From contig CAZRMO010000002.1 in assembly GCA_964601155.1 (NCBI GenBank), positions 25,685 to 89,684 of the forward strand: a stretch of 64,000 nt of DNA, read 5' to 3'. The notes under the pieces are model-generated. The model saw only the letters and a program-made list of their open reading frames with translations, did not search any database and had not been told where the DNA came from. A program made the translations under genes and the position numbers. This stretch comes from an uncultured Enterobacteriaceae bacterium (GTDB lineage: Bacteria; Pseudomonadota; Gammaproteobacteria; Burkholderiales; SG8-39). How positions within the stretch are numbered: position 1 is the stretch's first letter; the number at the start of each line of letters is the position of its first letter. Below are positions 28,775 to 38,547 of the stretch, piece by piece.

Positions 28775-29974
28775 ATGAGTCCGCCATCCAACGCCAAGCT
28801 GTTCACACCCTGTCCGCGCGGACTGGAAAATCCGCTCGCGGCCGAGCTCGTCGGGCTCGGCGCGACTGGGGTGCAGGCGGTCGCAGGCGGTGTCGCCTTT
28901 GAAGGCGACGCGCGCGTCGTCTACCGCGTGAATCTGGAGAGCCGCATCGCCACGCGCGTGCTGCTGCGCCTGTTCACCGTACCGTATCGCAGCGAAGAGG
29001 ACGTCTATCGCGCGGCCTACGAATTCGACTGGCCGCAGCGTTTCGACGTAGCGCGCAGCATCCGCGTCTACCTCACCGCGCAGCGCTGCCCGCTCAAGAG
29101 TCTGGACTTTCTCACGCTGCGCATCAAGGATGCGGTATGCGACCGCTTCAGGAGCGTCGTCGGCAGCCGCCCGAACGTCGACACGCGCGCGCCCGAGGTG
29201 CGCATCCACGCCTTCCTCGATGCCACGCAATTCACGCTCTACCTCGACACTTCGGGCGAACCGCTGTTCAAGCGCGGCGCGCGCGCCGCCCAAGGCGAGG
29301 CGCCGCTGAAGGAAAACCTCGCCGCCGGCATACTCAGTCTGAGCGGATGGCAAGCTGGAACGGCGCTACTCGATCCGATGTGCGGCGGCGGCACTTTCCT
29401 CGTCGAAGCGGCGCAAATCGCGCTCGATATCGCGCCGGGCGGTGCGCGCAGCTTTGGCTTCGAAAAGCTGAGAAATTTCGACGCGGCGCTGTGGCAGGCG
29501 CTACGCGCCGAATCCGAGGCGCGGCGCAAGCCGCTGACTTCCTTGCCGATCTACGGCAGCGATCTGTACGGCGACACGCTCAAGCTGGCGCAGGCGAACC
29601 TGCGCGCGGCGGGGCTGGAGGAGGCAGTGCAGCTGAAACAGGCGAATGTGCTGGAGATTTCTGCGCCGGCCGCGACCGGCGTACTGGTCACCAACCCGCC
29701 CTACGGCGAGCGCATGGGCGCCCAACAGGATCTGGCCGAGTTCTACCCAAAATTCGGTGATGCGTTGAAACAGAAATTCGCCGGCTGGAACTGCTACATT
29801 TTGAGTGCCGACATGAATCTGCCGAAACTGATCAAGCTGCAGGTGTCCAAACGCACGCCCCTGTTCAACGGCGCGCTGGAATGCCGCCTGTTCGAATACA
29901 GGATCGTGGCGGGCAGCATGCGCGGCCCCAAGCCCGTCCAGGGCGACGCCGGCGCACAAGCAGGCGAGCGCTAG
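28775..29974 (+). CDS. THUMP-domain class I SAM-dependent RNA methyltransferase (RlmL-N/RlmK-like)
   Basis: ATG 28775 within ORF 28649..29974. N-terminal THUMP-like region (CPRGLE...LESRIATRVLL), SAM site DPMCGGGTF, and catalytic NPPYG (LVTNPPYGERMG). Confidence 0.85.
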   Translation: MSPPSNAKLFTPCPRGLENPLAAELVGLGATGVQAVAGGVAFEGDARVVYRVNLESRIATRVLLRLFTVPYRSEEDVYRAAYEFDWPQRFDVARSIRVYLTAQRCPLKSLDFLTLRIKDAVCDRFRSVVGSRPNVDTRAPEVRIHAFLDATQFTLYLDTSGEPLFKRGARAAQGEAPLKENLAAGILSLSGWQAGTALLDPMCGGGTFLVEAAQIALDIAPGGARSFGFEKLRNFDAALWQALRAESEARRKPLTSLPIYGSDLYGDTLKLAQANLRAAGLEEAVQLKQANVLEISAPAATGVLVTNPPYGERMGAQQDLAEFYPKFGDALKQKFAGWNCYILSADMNLPKLIKLQVSKRTPLFNGALECRLFEYRIVAGSMRGPKPVQGDAGAQAGER

Positions 29975-30165
29975 TGTCCCGAATCGTTAGTTCGGTGAGC
30001 GAATATCCCGCAAGGCGACAAAGGCTGCAATAGAAAAGCGGCGAAATCGGCGCCAGACAAGGCGCAAAGCGCAGCAAGCTTGGACACCTTGCGAGCATTT
30101 GCAACGCCGTATGGCGTCGATTCTCGACGTCTTTTCTTCAGCGAATTAGCGATTCGGGACGCTAG
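29971..30165. repeat. ~195-bp imperfect palindromic element between convergent genes
   Basis: The outer 27-nt arms 29971-29997 and 30139-30165 match at 23/27 positions as an inverted repeat. Inner segments (gaaaagcggcgaaatcggcgcc / ggcgtcgattctcgacgtcttttc) are also inverted. Each arm begins with the TAG stop of a flanking gene. Confidence 0.65.
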
Positions 30166-32795
30166 CTGCGCTTGCGTGGCTTGGCCGTTTTGGCGGCGGT
30201 TTTGGCAGCAGTTTTGACGGCAGTTTTGGCCGTTGCTTTCGCAGCGGTTTTCGCGGCGGGCTTGACGACGCTGGCCTTGGCCTGCTCCGGCTTGGCGTCG
30301 GCCGCCGCCGGCTTAGCTGCGCCCGGCTTGGCGGCGCGCGGCGCGAACTCGAAGCCGACCTTGCCGTCGGCGCCGCGCACCAGGAAAGCCGAGAACGGCC
30401 GGCCTTTCTTGGAAATAAAGCGATGCAGCAGATCGGTTCTGCCGGTTGCCAGCAGTTTCTGCATCTGCTCGCGCTCGATCGGCCGCTGCAGGATGATGCG
30501 GCCGGAACGGAAGTCGCAGCTCTTTTCCGGGCCCAGGCTTTTCTCACACACATAGGCCATCGGCTGTTCGAACACCCGCGCTTTGCACTTGGGACAAGCC
30601 CCGAGCGGCTCCAGGCCGGAGAAATCCGGTACCTCTTCGTCGCTGTTGCTCTGCCCGAAATCGAATTCCGCCTTGAATTCGGGCGACAGCCGCACCACCG
30701 CAGCGAAGGGTTTGCCCATGCGGCTACGAAAGCCCTGCAGCGGGCCAACGCTGTGCTTGGCGATCAATTCCTCGATCTCCTCGGGCGCGAACTCGCGGCT
30801 GGAGACTACTTTCCAGATATTGAAATCGCAGGCCTGGCACTGGAATTTACGGTAGTTCTCCTGCACCGTGCCGCCGCATTTCGGGCATGGTGCTTTGAGC
30901 GTTCGGAATGCGGTATCGGGAATGTCGCCGTTCTTGATTGCGGAAACCAGTTCGCGCGTGGACTCGACGATATGGTCCATGAACTCGGCGCGACCAAGCT
31001 CGCCGCGCTCCATCTGCTTCAGTTTGAATTCCCAGTCGCCGGTGAGTTCGGGCGAGGTGAGCTCGGTGATGCCGAACTGCCCGAGCGCGAACATGAGCGA
31101 AAACGCCTTGGGCGTGGGCACGAGTTCGCGCCCGTTGCGATGCACGTAATCCTCGAAAATGAGGCCCTCGATCACCGCGGCGCGGGTCGCCGGCGTGCCC
31201 AGGCCCTTCGCGCTCATCGCTGCGCGCAATTCCTCGTCCTCGACCAGTTTACCGGCACCCTCCATCGCAGAGAGCAGCGTCGCCTCGGAAAAGCGCGCCG
31301 GCGGTCTGGTCTGGTTGGCCTTGACCTCTACCTCGGTGGTCTTCACCTTCTCGCCGTCCTCGATCGCAACCATCAGCGCATCGTCTTTTTCAGTGTCACG
31401 ACCATAGATCGCGAGCCAGCCCGGTTTCACCATCACCCGGCCCTCGCTGCGGAACGGCTCGCCCTCGACGCGCGTGATGCGCGTGGTGACGAGGAATTCG
31501 GCTGCGGGGAAGAACACCGCGAGGAAGCGTTTCACCACCAGGTCGTAGAGCTTGGCTTCGGCATCGGACAGATTGCCCGGCGTCTGCAGCGTGGGGATGA
31601 TGGCGAAATGGTCGGAAATTTTGCTGTTGTCGAAAATTCGCTTGCTCGGCTTGACCCAACCTTCCTTCAGCACCTGGCGCGCAAACGGCGCGTAGGCCGC
31701 GACGCCCTCGCTCTTGTCCTTGCCGCGGGCTTTGCCGGCGAGCATCTCCATGGTCGACTTGACAGTGGGCAGATAATCTTCGGGCAGCGCACGCGCATCG
31801 GTACGCGGGTAGGTCAGCACCTTGTGCTTCTCATACAGCGCCTGCGCCAGCGACAGCGTAGCGCGCGCGGAAAAGCCAAAGCGCCCGTTGGCTTCGCGTT
31901 GCAGGCTGGTCAAGTCGAACAACAGCGGCGATATCTGGCTGGTGGGCTTGGCCTCTTCGGTGGCAATGCCCGGCTTGCCCTCGCATTTCTGGCGCAAAGC
32001 CTCTGCCCGCGCCGCATCCCACAAGCGCTCGGGCTTGGCTTCGGCGTCCTCGTCCTTCGCCGCCTTGGCGAACTTCTCGTCGAACCAGCGCCCGCTGTAG
32101 GCCCCTGCCGCTGCGGCGAAGCGCGCATGCACTTCCCAGTAGTCGCGCGACTGGAATTTGCGGATGCGGTCCTCGCGCTCGACCAGGATGGCCAGCGTCG
32201 GCGTCTGCACCCGGCCCACGGTGGTCTTGTAGAAACCGCCCTCCTTGGAATTGAACGCGGTCATGGCGCGCGTGCCGTTGATGCCGACCAGCCAGTCGGA
32301 CTCGGAACGGCACACTGCGGCATCGGCCAGCGGCAGCATGGATTTGTCCGTGCGCAGGGCTTCAAAGCCGTCGCGGATCGCACCCTGGGTCATCGATTGC
32401 AGCCACAGTCGCTGGATCGGCTTCTTGTTGCCGGCATGCTGCATGATGTAGCGAAAGATCAGTTCGCCCTCGCGCCCGGCGTCACAGGCGTTGATCACGC
32501 CGGTGACGTCTTTGCGCTTGAGCAGCTTCAGCAGCAGCTTGAGCCGGTCCTCGGTGCGCTCTATCGGCTTGACGTCGAAATGCGGCGGGATCACCGGCAG
32601 ATTCGCGAACGACCACTTGCCACGCTTGACCTCCACGCCTTCCGGCGCCACGAGTTCGAGCAGATGGCCGATCGCCGAGGACAGTACGTACTCCTCGCTC
32701 TCGAAATAATCGCCGTGCCGGGTGAAGCCGCCCAATGCGCGCGCAACGTCGTTTGCAACAGAGGGTTTCTCGGCAATGATGAGTTTCTTGGTCAT
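30162..32795 (-). CDS. topB: DNA topoisomerase III-type (type IA) with C-terminal zinc ribbons and Lys/Ala-rich tail
   Basis: 877 aa. MTKKLIIAEKPSVA Toprim start is TopB-like. Zn-ribbon motifs CPKCGG...CQAC and CPKCKA. The last ~55 aa are AAKP/AAKT repeats. Confidence 0.9.
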   Translation of the reverse strand: MTKKLIIAEKPSVANDVARALGGFTRHGDYFESEEYVLSSAIGHLLELVAPEGVEVKRGKWSFANLPVIPPHFDVKPIERTEDRLKLLLKLLKRKDVTGVINACDAGREGELIFRYIMQHAGNKKPIQRLWLQSMTQGAIRDGFEALRTDKSMLPLADAAVCRSESDWLVGINGTRAMTAFNSKEGGFYKTTVGRVQTPTLAILVEREDRIRKFQSRDYWEVHARFAAAAGAYSGRWFDEKFAKAAKDEDAEAKPERLWDAARAEALRQKCEGKPGIATEEAKPTSQISPLLFDLTSLQREANGRFGFSARATLSLAQALYEKHKVLTYPRTDARALPEDYLPTVKSTMEMLAGKARGKDKSEGVAAYAPFARQVLKEGWVKPSKRIFDNSKISDHFAIIPTLQTPGNLSDAEAKLYDLVVKRFLAVFFPAAEFLVTTRITRVEGEPFRSEGRVMVKPGWLAIYGRDTEKDDALMVAIEDGEKVKTTEVEVKANQTRPPARFSEATLLSAMEGAGKLVEDEELRAAMSAKGLGTPATRAAVIEGLIFEDYVHRNGRELVPTPKAFSLMFALGQFGITELTSPELTGDWEFKLKQMERGELGRAEFMDHIVESTRELVSAIKNGDIPDTAFRTLKAPCPKCGGTVQENYRKFQCQACDFNIWKVVSSREFAPEEIEELIAKHSVGPLQGFRSRMGKPFAAVVRLSPEFKAEFDFGQSNSDEEVPDFSGLEPLGACPKCKARVFEQPMAYVCEKSLGPEKSCDFRSGRIILQRPIEREQMQKLLATGRTDLLHRFISKKGRPFSAFLVRGADGKVGFEFAPRAAKPGAAKPAAADAKPEQAKASVVKPAAKTAAKATAKTAVKTAAKTAAKTAKPRKRS

Positions 32796-33059
32796 GGAAT
32801 TCGGTCAGCGCCCGAGCGCGTGCTCGTAATTTCGGCCGCGCGCAATGTCGTTCGCAATGGAAGACTGTTCGACAAGGGTGTGTTTTTTGCTCATAGCATA
32901 GTATGGTCGGACTTGCGCGCGCAGACGCAATCAACATTGACCCGCGCATTGCGGCAAGCGGCAGCATGATAAGTGCAAACCAGAGCGCGAAGCAAGGAGG
33001 GGCGACAATGCGCCGTGACAAAGTTCAGCGAAACAGCGACTTAATCGGCGCCGACAGAT

Positions 33060-33518
33060 CTAATGCATGAGCAATTGCGCGCGATCGGCGAGCAGTTCTT
33101 CCAGAATGAGCGAATCGATCGAGTGCTGCTGGCTCCACAGGACCATGAGCACGATCACCTTCAGCTTCTCGATGCTGACGTTGTCCTCCGACAGCGCCAT
33201 GGCGCGCTCGATGATGATCTCCCGCAACAGCGGCGTGAGTACTTTCGCGCCCTCCAGAAAAGCGATGAAACCGCGACCCTCTACGCCCAGCTTGGTCGCC
33301 TCCGCTTCGGCGTAGCCGCGAAACGCGGTGCTTTGCGCAAGCGAAGCGGCAAGCGTCCCTGCCTCTGGTGCGGAAAGCCCTTGCAGCCAGGAAAGCGCGT
33401 CGCTGATGTCGTCGTGCTCGAAGCCGGCGGCACTCAATTTGCGCGCCAGCGCATCTTGATCGGGGTGGAGGTCGGACTGGTAATAGTTTTCGAACAGGTA
33501 GACGAGTATGTCGAACAT
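33060..33518 (-). CDS. smg: Smg protein (DUF494)
   Basis: MFDILVYLFENY N-terminus. Sits between dprA and the topoisomerase gene, as in other proteobacteria. Confidence 0.9.
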   Translation of the reverse strand: MFDILVYLFENYYQSDLHPDQDALARKLSAAGFEHDDISDALSWLQGLSAPEAGTLAASLAQSTAFRGYAEAEATKLGVEGRGFIAFLEGAKVLTPLLREIIIERAMALSEDNVSIEKLKVIVLMVLWSQQHSIDSLILEELLADRAQLLMH

Positions 33519-33534
33519 TCTTCTGGACGGCCTC

Positions 33535-34608
33535 TCAGGAAGTTCTCTGGTATAGCCCGCCGGGCAGGCCCGCGACCTTTCCGTCTAGCTCGAGTTGCAA
33601 CAGCATGGCCGATACCGCGTCCGCCGTCAAGCCGCTTCTCCCGCACAACGTGTCTATGTCACATGCATCATAGCCCAGGTGCGCGAGCAGACCGGCAGCT
33701 GGCGCGGCCACGGTGTCAGACCCTGCGACCAGCGCTTCAACGCCCAGTTCCTGCAGCAGGTCCTGCGCGCTTTCCACCAACTTTGCGCCTTGCTTGATCA
33801 GCGCGTGGCAACCCTTGGAATGCGGTGAATGGATTGATCCCGGAATCGCGAACACCTCGCGCCCCTGCTCTGCGGCCAGGCGCGCGGTGATAAGCGAGCC
33901 CGAAGCGAGCGCCGCTTCCACCACCAGGCAGCCGCGCGCCAAGCCCGAGATCACGCGGTTGCGGCGCGGAAAATTACTGCCGTGTGGTGGCGTGCCCAGC
34001 GGGAACTCGCTGACAATCAGTCCCTCGCGCGCGACGCGTTCGCCCAACGCGCGATTGCGTTGCGGATAGAGGATGTCGGCGCCGGTGCCGAGCACGGCAA
34101 TGGTCGCGCCCGCCCCGTCCAGACCGCCGCGGTGGGCTGCGGCGTCTATACCCAGCGCCAGGCCGCTGACGATGGTGAGGCCGGCGCGACTGAAAGCGCG
34201 CGCAAACTGCTCTGCGTTGCTTACCCCCTGCGGCGTGGCATTGCGGCTGCCGACCACGGCTAAGCCCGGTTGTCCGAGCAGCTCGCGCCGGCCGCGCAAA
34301 TACAGCAGTGCCGGCGGATCAGGGGTCTCAAGCAGCGACTGCGGATAATCGCTGTCGGCAAGTGTGAGAACGGCATGGCCCTCGACTGCCGCCCACTCAA
34401 GGGCCGCGTCGACAGCAGCCGAATCCAGGTCGGACAGAATGCGAGCGGCGATTTCTGCGGAAACGATGCCGGCGAGCGCACTTCGGCCTGCGGCCAACAC
34501 CTGCTGCGGCAGGCCGAAGCTACTCAGCAGTTTCCTCAGGCTTTGGCCGCCCAGCCCGGGCGTCAGGCTGAGCTTGACCCACGCAGCGAGTTCAGCGTCG
34601 CGCTGCAT
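33535..34608 (-). CDS. dprA: DNA-processing protein DprA
   Basis: SGLALGIDAAAHRG Rossmann-like motif. Start set at ATG 34608 (MQRDAELAAWVKLSL); the ORF opens at 34689. Confidence 0.88.
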   Translation of the reverse strand: MQRDAELAAWVKLSLTPGLGGQSLRKLLSSFGLPQQVLAAGRSALAGIVSAEIAARILSDLDSAAVDAALEWAAVEGHAVLTLADSDYPQSLLETPDPPALLYLRGRRELLGQPGLAVVGSRNATPQGVSNAEQFARAFSRAGLTIVSGLALGIDAAAHRGGLDGAGATIAVLGTGADILYPQRNRALGERVAREGLIVSEFPLGTPPHGSNFPRRNRVISGLARGCLVVEAALASGSLITARLAAEQGREVFAIPGSIHSPHSKGCHALIKQGAKLVESAQDLLQELGVEALVAGSDTVAAPAAGLLAHLGYDACDIDTLCGRSGLTADAVSAMLLQLELDGKVAGLPGGLYQRTS

Positions 34609-34708
34609 CGTATTGCGGGTGGGCTGCAGATGCTGGAGCCGCTCCACACCTATTCCGCCGCAACGCCAAATTTCTTGGTTTCTTATCAATCACGGGCTGA
34701 CAGACATA

Positions 34709-34808
34709 GCGTGCATGCATCCGCAGGGGGATTTACAAGGGGGGGTGCACCCCCCCTTGTTCGTGAGATAAGGGCTTTTCCTCCGCCGGAGGCACTTTGC
34801 GTGGTTCC
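34709..34808 (+). repeat. Structured intergenic repeat, copy 2 (26-nt perfect palindrome core at 34735-34760)
   Basis: gcgtgc...acaagggggggtgcacccccccttgttcgtgagataagggcttttcctccgccggaggcactttgcgtggttcc. Same orientation as copy 1. The palindrome centre differs by a paired A/T to G/C change. Confidence 0.7.
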
Positions 34809-34820
34809 ACCTTTTCCGCT

Positions 34821-35882
34821 TCAGGGCGTGGTCACCACGTCGTCGACCTGCACCGGCCGGCTCGCCGACATCACCAGTGCGAAGGAAACCCGGTCGAAGG
34901 TGCGGAATACGAAAACCAGGCCGTAGCGCTCGTCCGGCAGCTTGGTGGTCTCGACCTTGTCGGCGCGGAACCATTTGCGGCTGGGCGTTCTGTCCTCGAC
35001 GGTGCGCCCCAAGCGCAGCAGGGCGAGCACATCGCCGAGTTCGAGTCCATCGCGCCTGCCCTTGTTGATTGTGATCACGTTCTGCGGACCGGTTTCGCCC
35101 AGGCCGCCACTGTCGGCGATGATGCGGCCTCGAATCAGCATGGTCGGCGCATGCGGCACGTAGCTTTTGAACGTGATCGGCCCGGCTGCAACCAGCCGGT
35201 CGCCCTTGCCGATTTCCTGCCGCGCGCCGGAAATCAGTATGGTTGCAGGGTCGCCCGTCCTGGTCACCCTGCCGTCGCCGAGGTACACCGCTTCGTAGCC
35301 CAGCGTCTTCCCGCTCTCGGGATCGATTAGCGGTTTGCCCGGATGATAGATATGCCACCGGCTGTCAAGCTTTGCGTCCTTGATGCCGCTGACATAGGCT
35401 ACATCGTTCGAGCCCAGATAAACACGGTCCGCCTGCGCGGCAATGATTCGCGGCGCATTGTCGAGACCGTCGGCCTCAATCACCAGCGGCCGCGTCAGGA
35501 AAGGTTCGATGACCTTGGGCGGTATGCTCGGAATAGGCTGCTTGCCGAGGTCCTCCGAGCGTATGCGCGGCGACAACTTCACCGTGCGGCCCATTTCGAT
35601 TTTGAGTTCCGGTTGCGGCCCGGAGCGGTCGAGCACGATGACGTCTCCCGGATAGATCAAGTGGGGGTTCTTGATCTGCTCCCGGTTCATTCTCCACACC
35701 TCCGGCCAGCGCCACGGATCCTTGAGAAACTTTGCGGCAATAGACCATAAAGTGTCGCCTTTAACGACGACATAGCGAGCCGGCGCATGGTCCTGCAACA
35801 CGGCGCGCGTTTGCTGTTTCGCCATTAGGGGGGTAGCCGTCAACGCCGCGGCGAATAGTGCGAATATGATAGACTTGCGCAT
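34821..35882 (-). CDS. LysM peptidoglycan-binding domain protein
   Basis: Signal peptide MRKSIIFALFAAALTATPLMA. LysM motif YVVVKGDTLWSIAAKFL...NPHLIYPGDVI. Confidence 0.85.
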   Translation of the reverse strand: MRKSIIFALFAAALTATPLMAKQQTRAVLQDHAPARYVVVKGDTLWSIAAKFLKDPWRWPEVWRMNREQIKNPHLIYPGDVIVLDRSGPQPELKIEMGRTVKLSPRIRSEDLGKQPIPSIPPKVIEPFLTRPLVIEADGLDNAPRIIAAQADRVYLGSNDVAYVSGIKDAKLDSRWHIYHPGKPLIDPESGKTLGYEAVYLGDGRVTRTGDPATILISGARQEIGKGDRLVAAGPITFKSYVPHAPTMLIRGRIIADSGGLGETGPQNVITINKGRRDGLELGDVLALLRLGRTVEDRTPSRKWFRADKVETTKLPDERYGLVFVFRTFDRVSFALVMSASRPVQVDDVVTTP

Positions 35883-35989
35883 AGAGGCCTCGAACCTATC
35901 TAGTAGAGGGCTGAATCATATAAAGTCTAGCACGCTTTTTATAGACTTCATTAAATTTAGCACCTAATCCGTTCAATTAGCAAGTTATT

Positions 35990-36493
35990 ATGTCTCGCCT
36001 ACATATCCTGCGTTACCCCGATCCGCGTTTGCACAAGACCGCAGCGCCGGTAGCGGAGGTAAATGAGGGCATCCGCAGTCTGGTCGCCGACATGGCCGAA
36101 ACCATGTACGCCGCGCCCGGCGTCGGCCTGGCGGCCACCCAGGTGGACGTGCACAAGCAGGTAATCGTCATTGACGCGTCGGAAACCCGCGATCGGCTAC
36201 TGGTGCTGATCAATCCCGAGATCCTTGCCGCCACCGGCGAATCCGATTGCGAGGAGGGTTGTCTGTCGGTACCGGGCATCTACGAAAAGGTCGCGCGCGC
36301 CGACCATATCGTCGTGCGCGCGCTCGGACTCGACGGCCAGAGTTTCACCATGGAGGCCGACGGCCTGCTTGCGGTATGCATCCAGCACGAGATGGACCAC
36401 CTGAAGGGCCGGGTGTTCGTCGAATACCTGTCGCGCCTGAAACAAACCCGCATCCGGGCGAAGATGCAAAAACAACTGCGCCAGAGCGCCTGA
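35990..36493 (+). CDS. def: Peptide deformylase
   Basis: [13 protein letters not shown] and QHEMDHL metal-site motifs. Confidence 0.96.
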   Translation: MSRLHILRYPDPRLHKTAAPVAEVNEGIRSLVADMAETMYAAPGVGLAATQVDVHKQVIVIDASETRDRLLVLINPEILAATGESDCEEGCLSVPGIYEKVARADHIVVRALGLDGQSFTMEADGLLAVCIQHEMDHLKGRVFVEYLSRLKQTRIRAKMQKQLRQSA

Positions 36494-36510
36494 TCGCCCC
36501 GCACCAGCGG

Positions 36511-37455
36511 ATGCGCCTCATCTTCGCCGGTACCCCCGCGTTCGCCGCGCGCGCCCTGTCGGCGCTGCACGACGCCGGACACGAAATCGTTCTGGTCCTC
36601 GCTCAACCCGACCGACCGGCAGGCCGCGGGCTTAAGCTCGCAACCGGTGCGGTCAAGGCGCTGGCCGAGGAGCGCGGCCTCGAGGTTTATCAGCCCGCGG
36701 GCTTGAAGGACGCGCAGGCACAACAGCGTCTGCGCGCGCTGGGCGCAGACCTCATGGTGGTCGCCGCCTATGGCCTGATCCTGCCCGAACCGGTGCTCGC
36801 CACAGCGCGCCTCGGCGCTGTCAATATCCACGCTTCGCTGTTGCCGCGCTGGCGCGGCGCCGCACCGATCCAGCGCGCCATCCTCGCCGGCGACGCGCGC
36901 ACCGGAATCTCCATTATGCAGATGGATCGGGGGCTGGATACCGGCCCGATACTTGCCGCCGAGGCCATCCCGATTGCGGGCGACGACACCAGCGCCACCC
37001 TGCATGACAAGCTGGCCGAACTCGGCGCGCGTCTGATCGTGAGTGTTCTCGCGGGCCTCGAGCGCGGCGAATTCCGCGCCCGGCCGCAGGAGGATGCGCG
37101 CGCGAGCTATGCAGCCAAGATTACCAAATCGGAAGCCGAGATCGACTGGCGCGAAACCGCGCAGACGATTGAACGCAAGATACGCGCGTTCAATCCGCAG
37201 CCTGGAGCGTCCACAACGACAAGAAACACCGTGTTCAAAATCTGGCGCGCCGGCACTAGCGCGGCGCAAGGCGCGCCGGGGACCATACTGGAAGCCGGCC
37301 CGGAAGGCATCATCGTCGCCTGCGGCAGCGGCGCGCTGCGGATCCAGGAGCTGCAGCGCGCCGGCGGCAAACGGCTGGCCGCGGCGCAGTTCCTCGCCGG
37401 TTTCCCGCTCGCGATGGGAGAGCGGCTTGAGTTTTCCGCGAAAACCCCCATCTAA
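36511..37455 (+). CDS. fmt: Methionyl-tRNA formyltransferase
   Basis: ATG 36511 (MRLIFAGTPAFA) within ORF 36247..37455. HASLLPRWRGAAPI motif. Follows def. Confidence 0.95.
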   Translation: MRLIFAGTPAFAARALSALHDAGHEIVLVLAQPDRPAGRGLKLATGAVKALAEERGLEVYQPAGLKDAQAQQRLRALGADLMVVAAYGLILPEPVLATARLGAVNIHASLLPRWRGAAPIQRAILAGDARTGISIMQMDRGLDTGPILAAEAIPIAGDDTSATLHDKLAELGARLIVSVLAGLERGEFRARPQEDARASYAAKITKSEAEIDWRETAQTIERKIRAFNPQPGASTTTRNTVFKIWRAGTSAAQGAPGTILEAGPEGIIVACGSGALRIQELQRAGGKRLAAAQFLAGFPLAMGERLEFSAKTPI

Positions 37456-37571
37456 TTCAACGTTGCAAGAACAATTTGCGATAGCCGCCGCAGGCACGGG
37501 AGCGAGCGACCTTATTTGCCCGTTCTGCGCCGCCCGCAAGCCGCGAAACAACCGTTAAAGGTAGCCGAAAA

Positions 37572-38408
37572 ATGTTCGGAAACTGGCTAAAGACCTCCAT
37601 CCTGATGGCCGGCATCGTAGCGCTGTTCGGCCTGGTCGGCGCCGCGTTCGGTGGTGTCAATGGGATGCTCCTGGCGCTCGCGCTCGGCGGCGCGATGAAC
37701 GTCTTCGCCTATTGGTTCTCCGACGCCATGGTGCTGCGCATGTACAAGGCGCGGGAGATCGACGCGGCGAGCGCGCCGCAGTTCTACGGCCTGGTGCAGG
37801 AACTGGCGCAGAGCGCCGGGCTGCCGATGCCGCGCGTCTATCTGATAGACGAAGCCCAGCCCAATGCTTTCGCCACCGGCCGCGACCCCGAGCACGCGGC
37901 GGTGGCTGCGACCACCGGTATCCTACAGCTGCTGTCGGCGCGCGAGTTGCGCGGCGTGATGGCACACGAGCTCGCGCACGTAAAGCACCGCGACATCCTC
38001 ACTTCCACCATTGCCGCCACCGTAGCCGGAGCGATCGCCGCTGTCGCCCAGTTCGGCTTCCTGTTCGGCGGACGCGGCGGCGGCGAACGCTCCAACCCGT
38101 TCGTGGGGCTGATCGTGATGATCCTCGCGCCGATTGCGGCGATGCTGATCCAGATGGCGATCTCGCGCGCGCGCGAATTCGAAGCCGACCGCGGCGGTGC
38201 CGAAACCTCGGGCGACCCCGGCGCGCTCGCCGATGCGCTGGAGAAAATGGAGCGCTACAAGGGCCTGCCGTTGAAGGCGGCCGAAGAGCATCCGGCGACG
38301 GCGCAGATGATGATCATCAACCCGCTCTCAGGCTCAGGCATGCAAAGCCTGTTCAGCACCCACCCTGCAACCGAGAAGCGCATCGCTCGCTTGCGAGCGA
38401 TGGCGTAA
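37572..38408 (+). CDS. htpX: Zinc metalloprotease HtpX
   Basis: Membrane N-terminus and the HELAH zinc motif, with a downstream EFEAD Glu ligand context. Confidence 0.9.
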   Translation: MFGNWLKTSILMAGIVALFGLVGAAFGGVNGMLLALALGGAMNVFAYWFSDAMVLRMYKAREIDAASAPQFYGLVQELAQSAGLPMPRVYLIDEAQPNAFATGRDPEHAAVAATTGILQLLSARELRGVMAHELAHVKHRDILTSTIAATVAGAIAAVAQFGFLFGGRGGGERSNPFVGLIVMILAPIAAMLIQMAISRAREFEADRGGAETSGDPGALADALEKMERYKGLPLKAAEEHPATAQMMIINPLSGSGMQSLFSTHPATEKRIARLRAMA

Positions 38409-38547
38409 TGGAGCTTGCTCGCTTGCGCGCGCGATGACCTGAATCGCAAAACCTGTTCTCTGCGCCCCGTTCCCGGTGTAGCATGCTGGACTCGTCTATC
38501 ACCACTGCGCCACCGCAATCCCGACGACTGCGGCGGCGCCTGCCTCC

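Noticed and set aside
32805-32894. A 29-codon minus-strand ORF (MSKKHTLVEQSSIANDIARGRNYEHALGR) in the 264-bp smg-topoisomerase spacer, ending 9 nt before the topoisomerase ATG.
   Set aside because: No Shine-Dalgarno sequence and AT-rich codons atypical for this genome. Too short to evaluate without comparative data or ribosome profiling.
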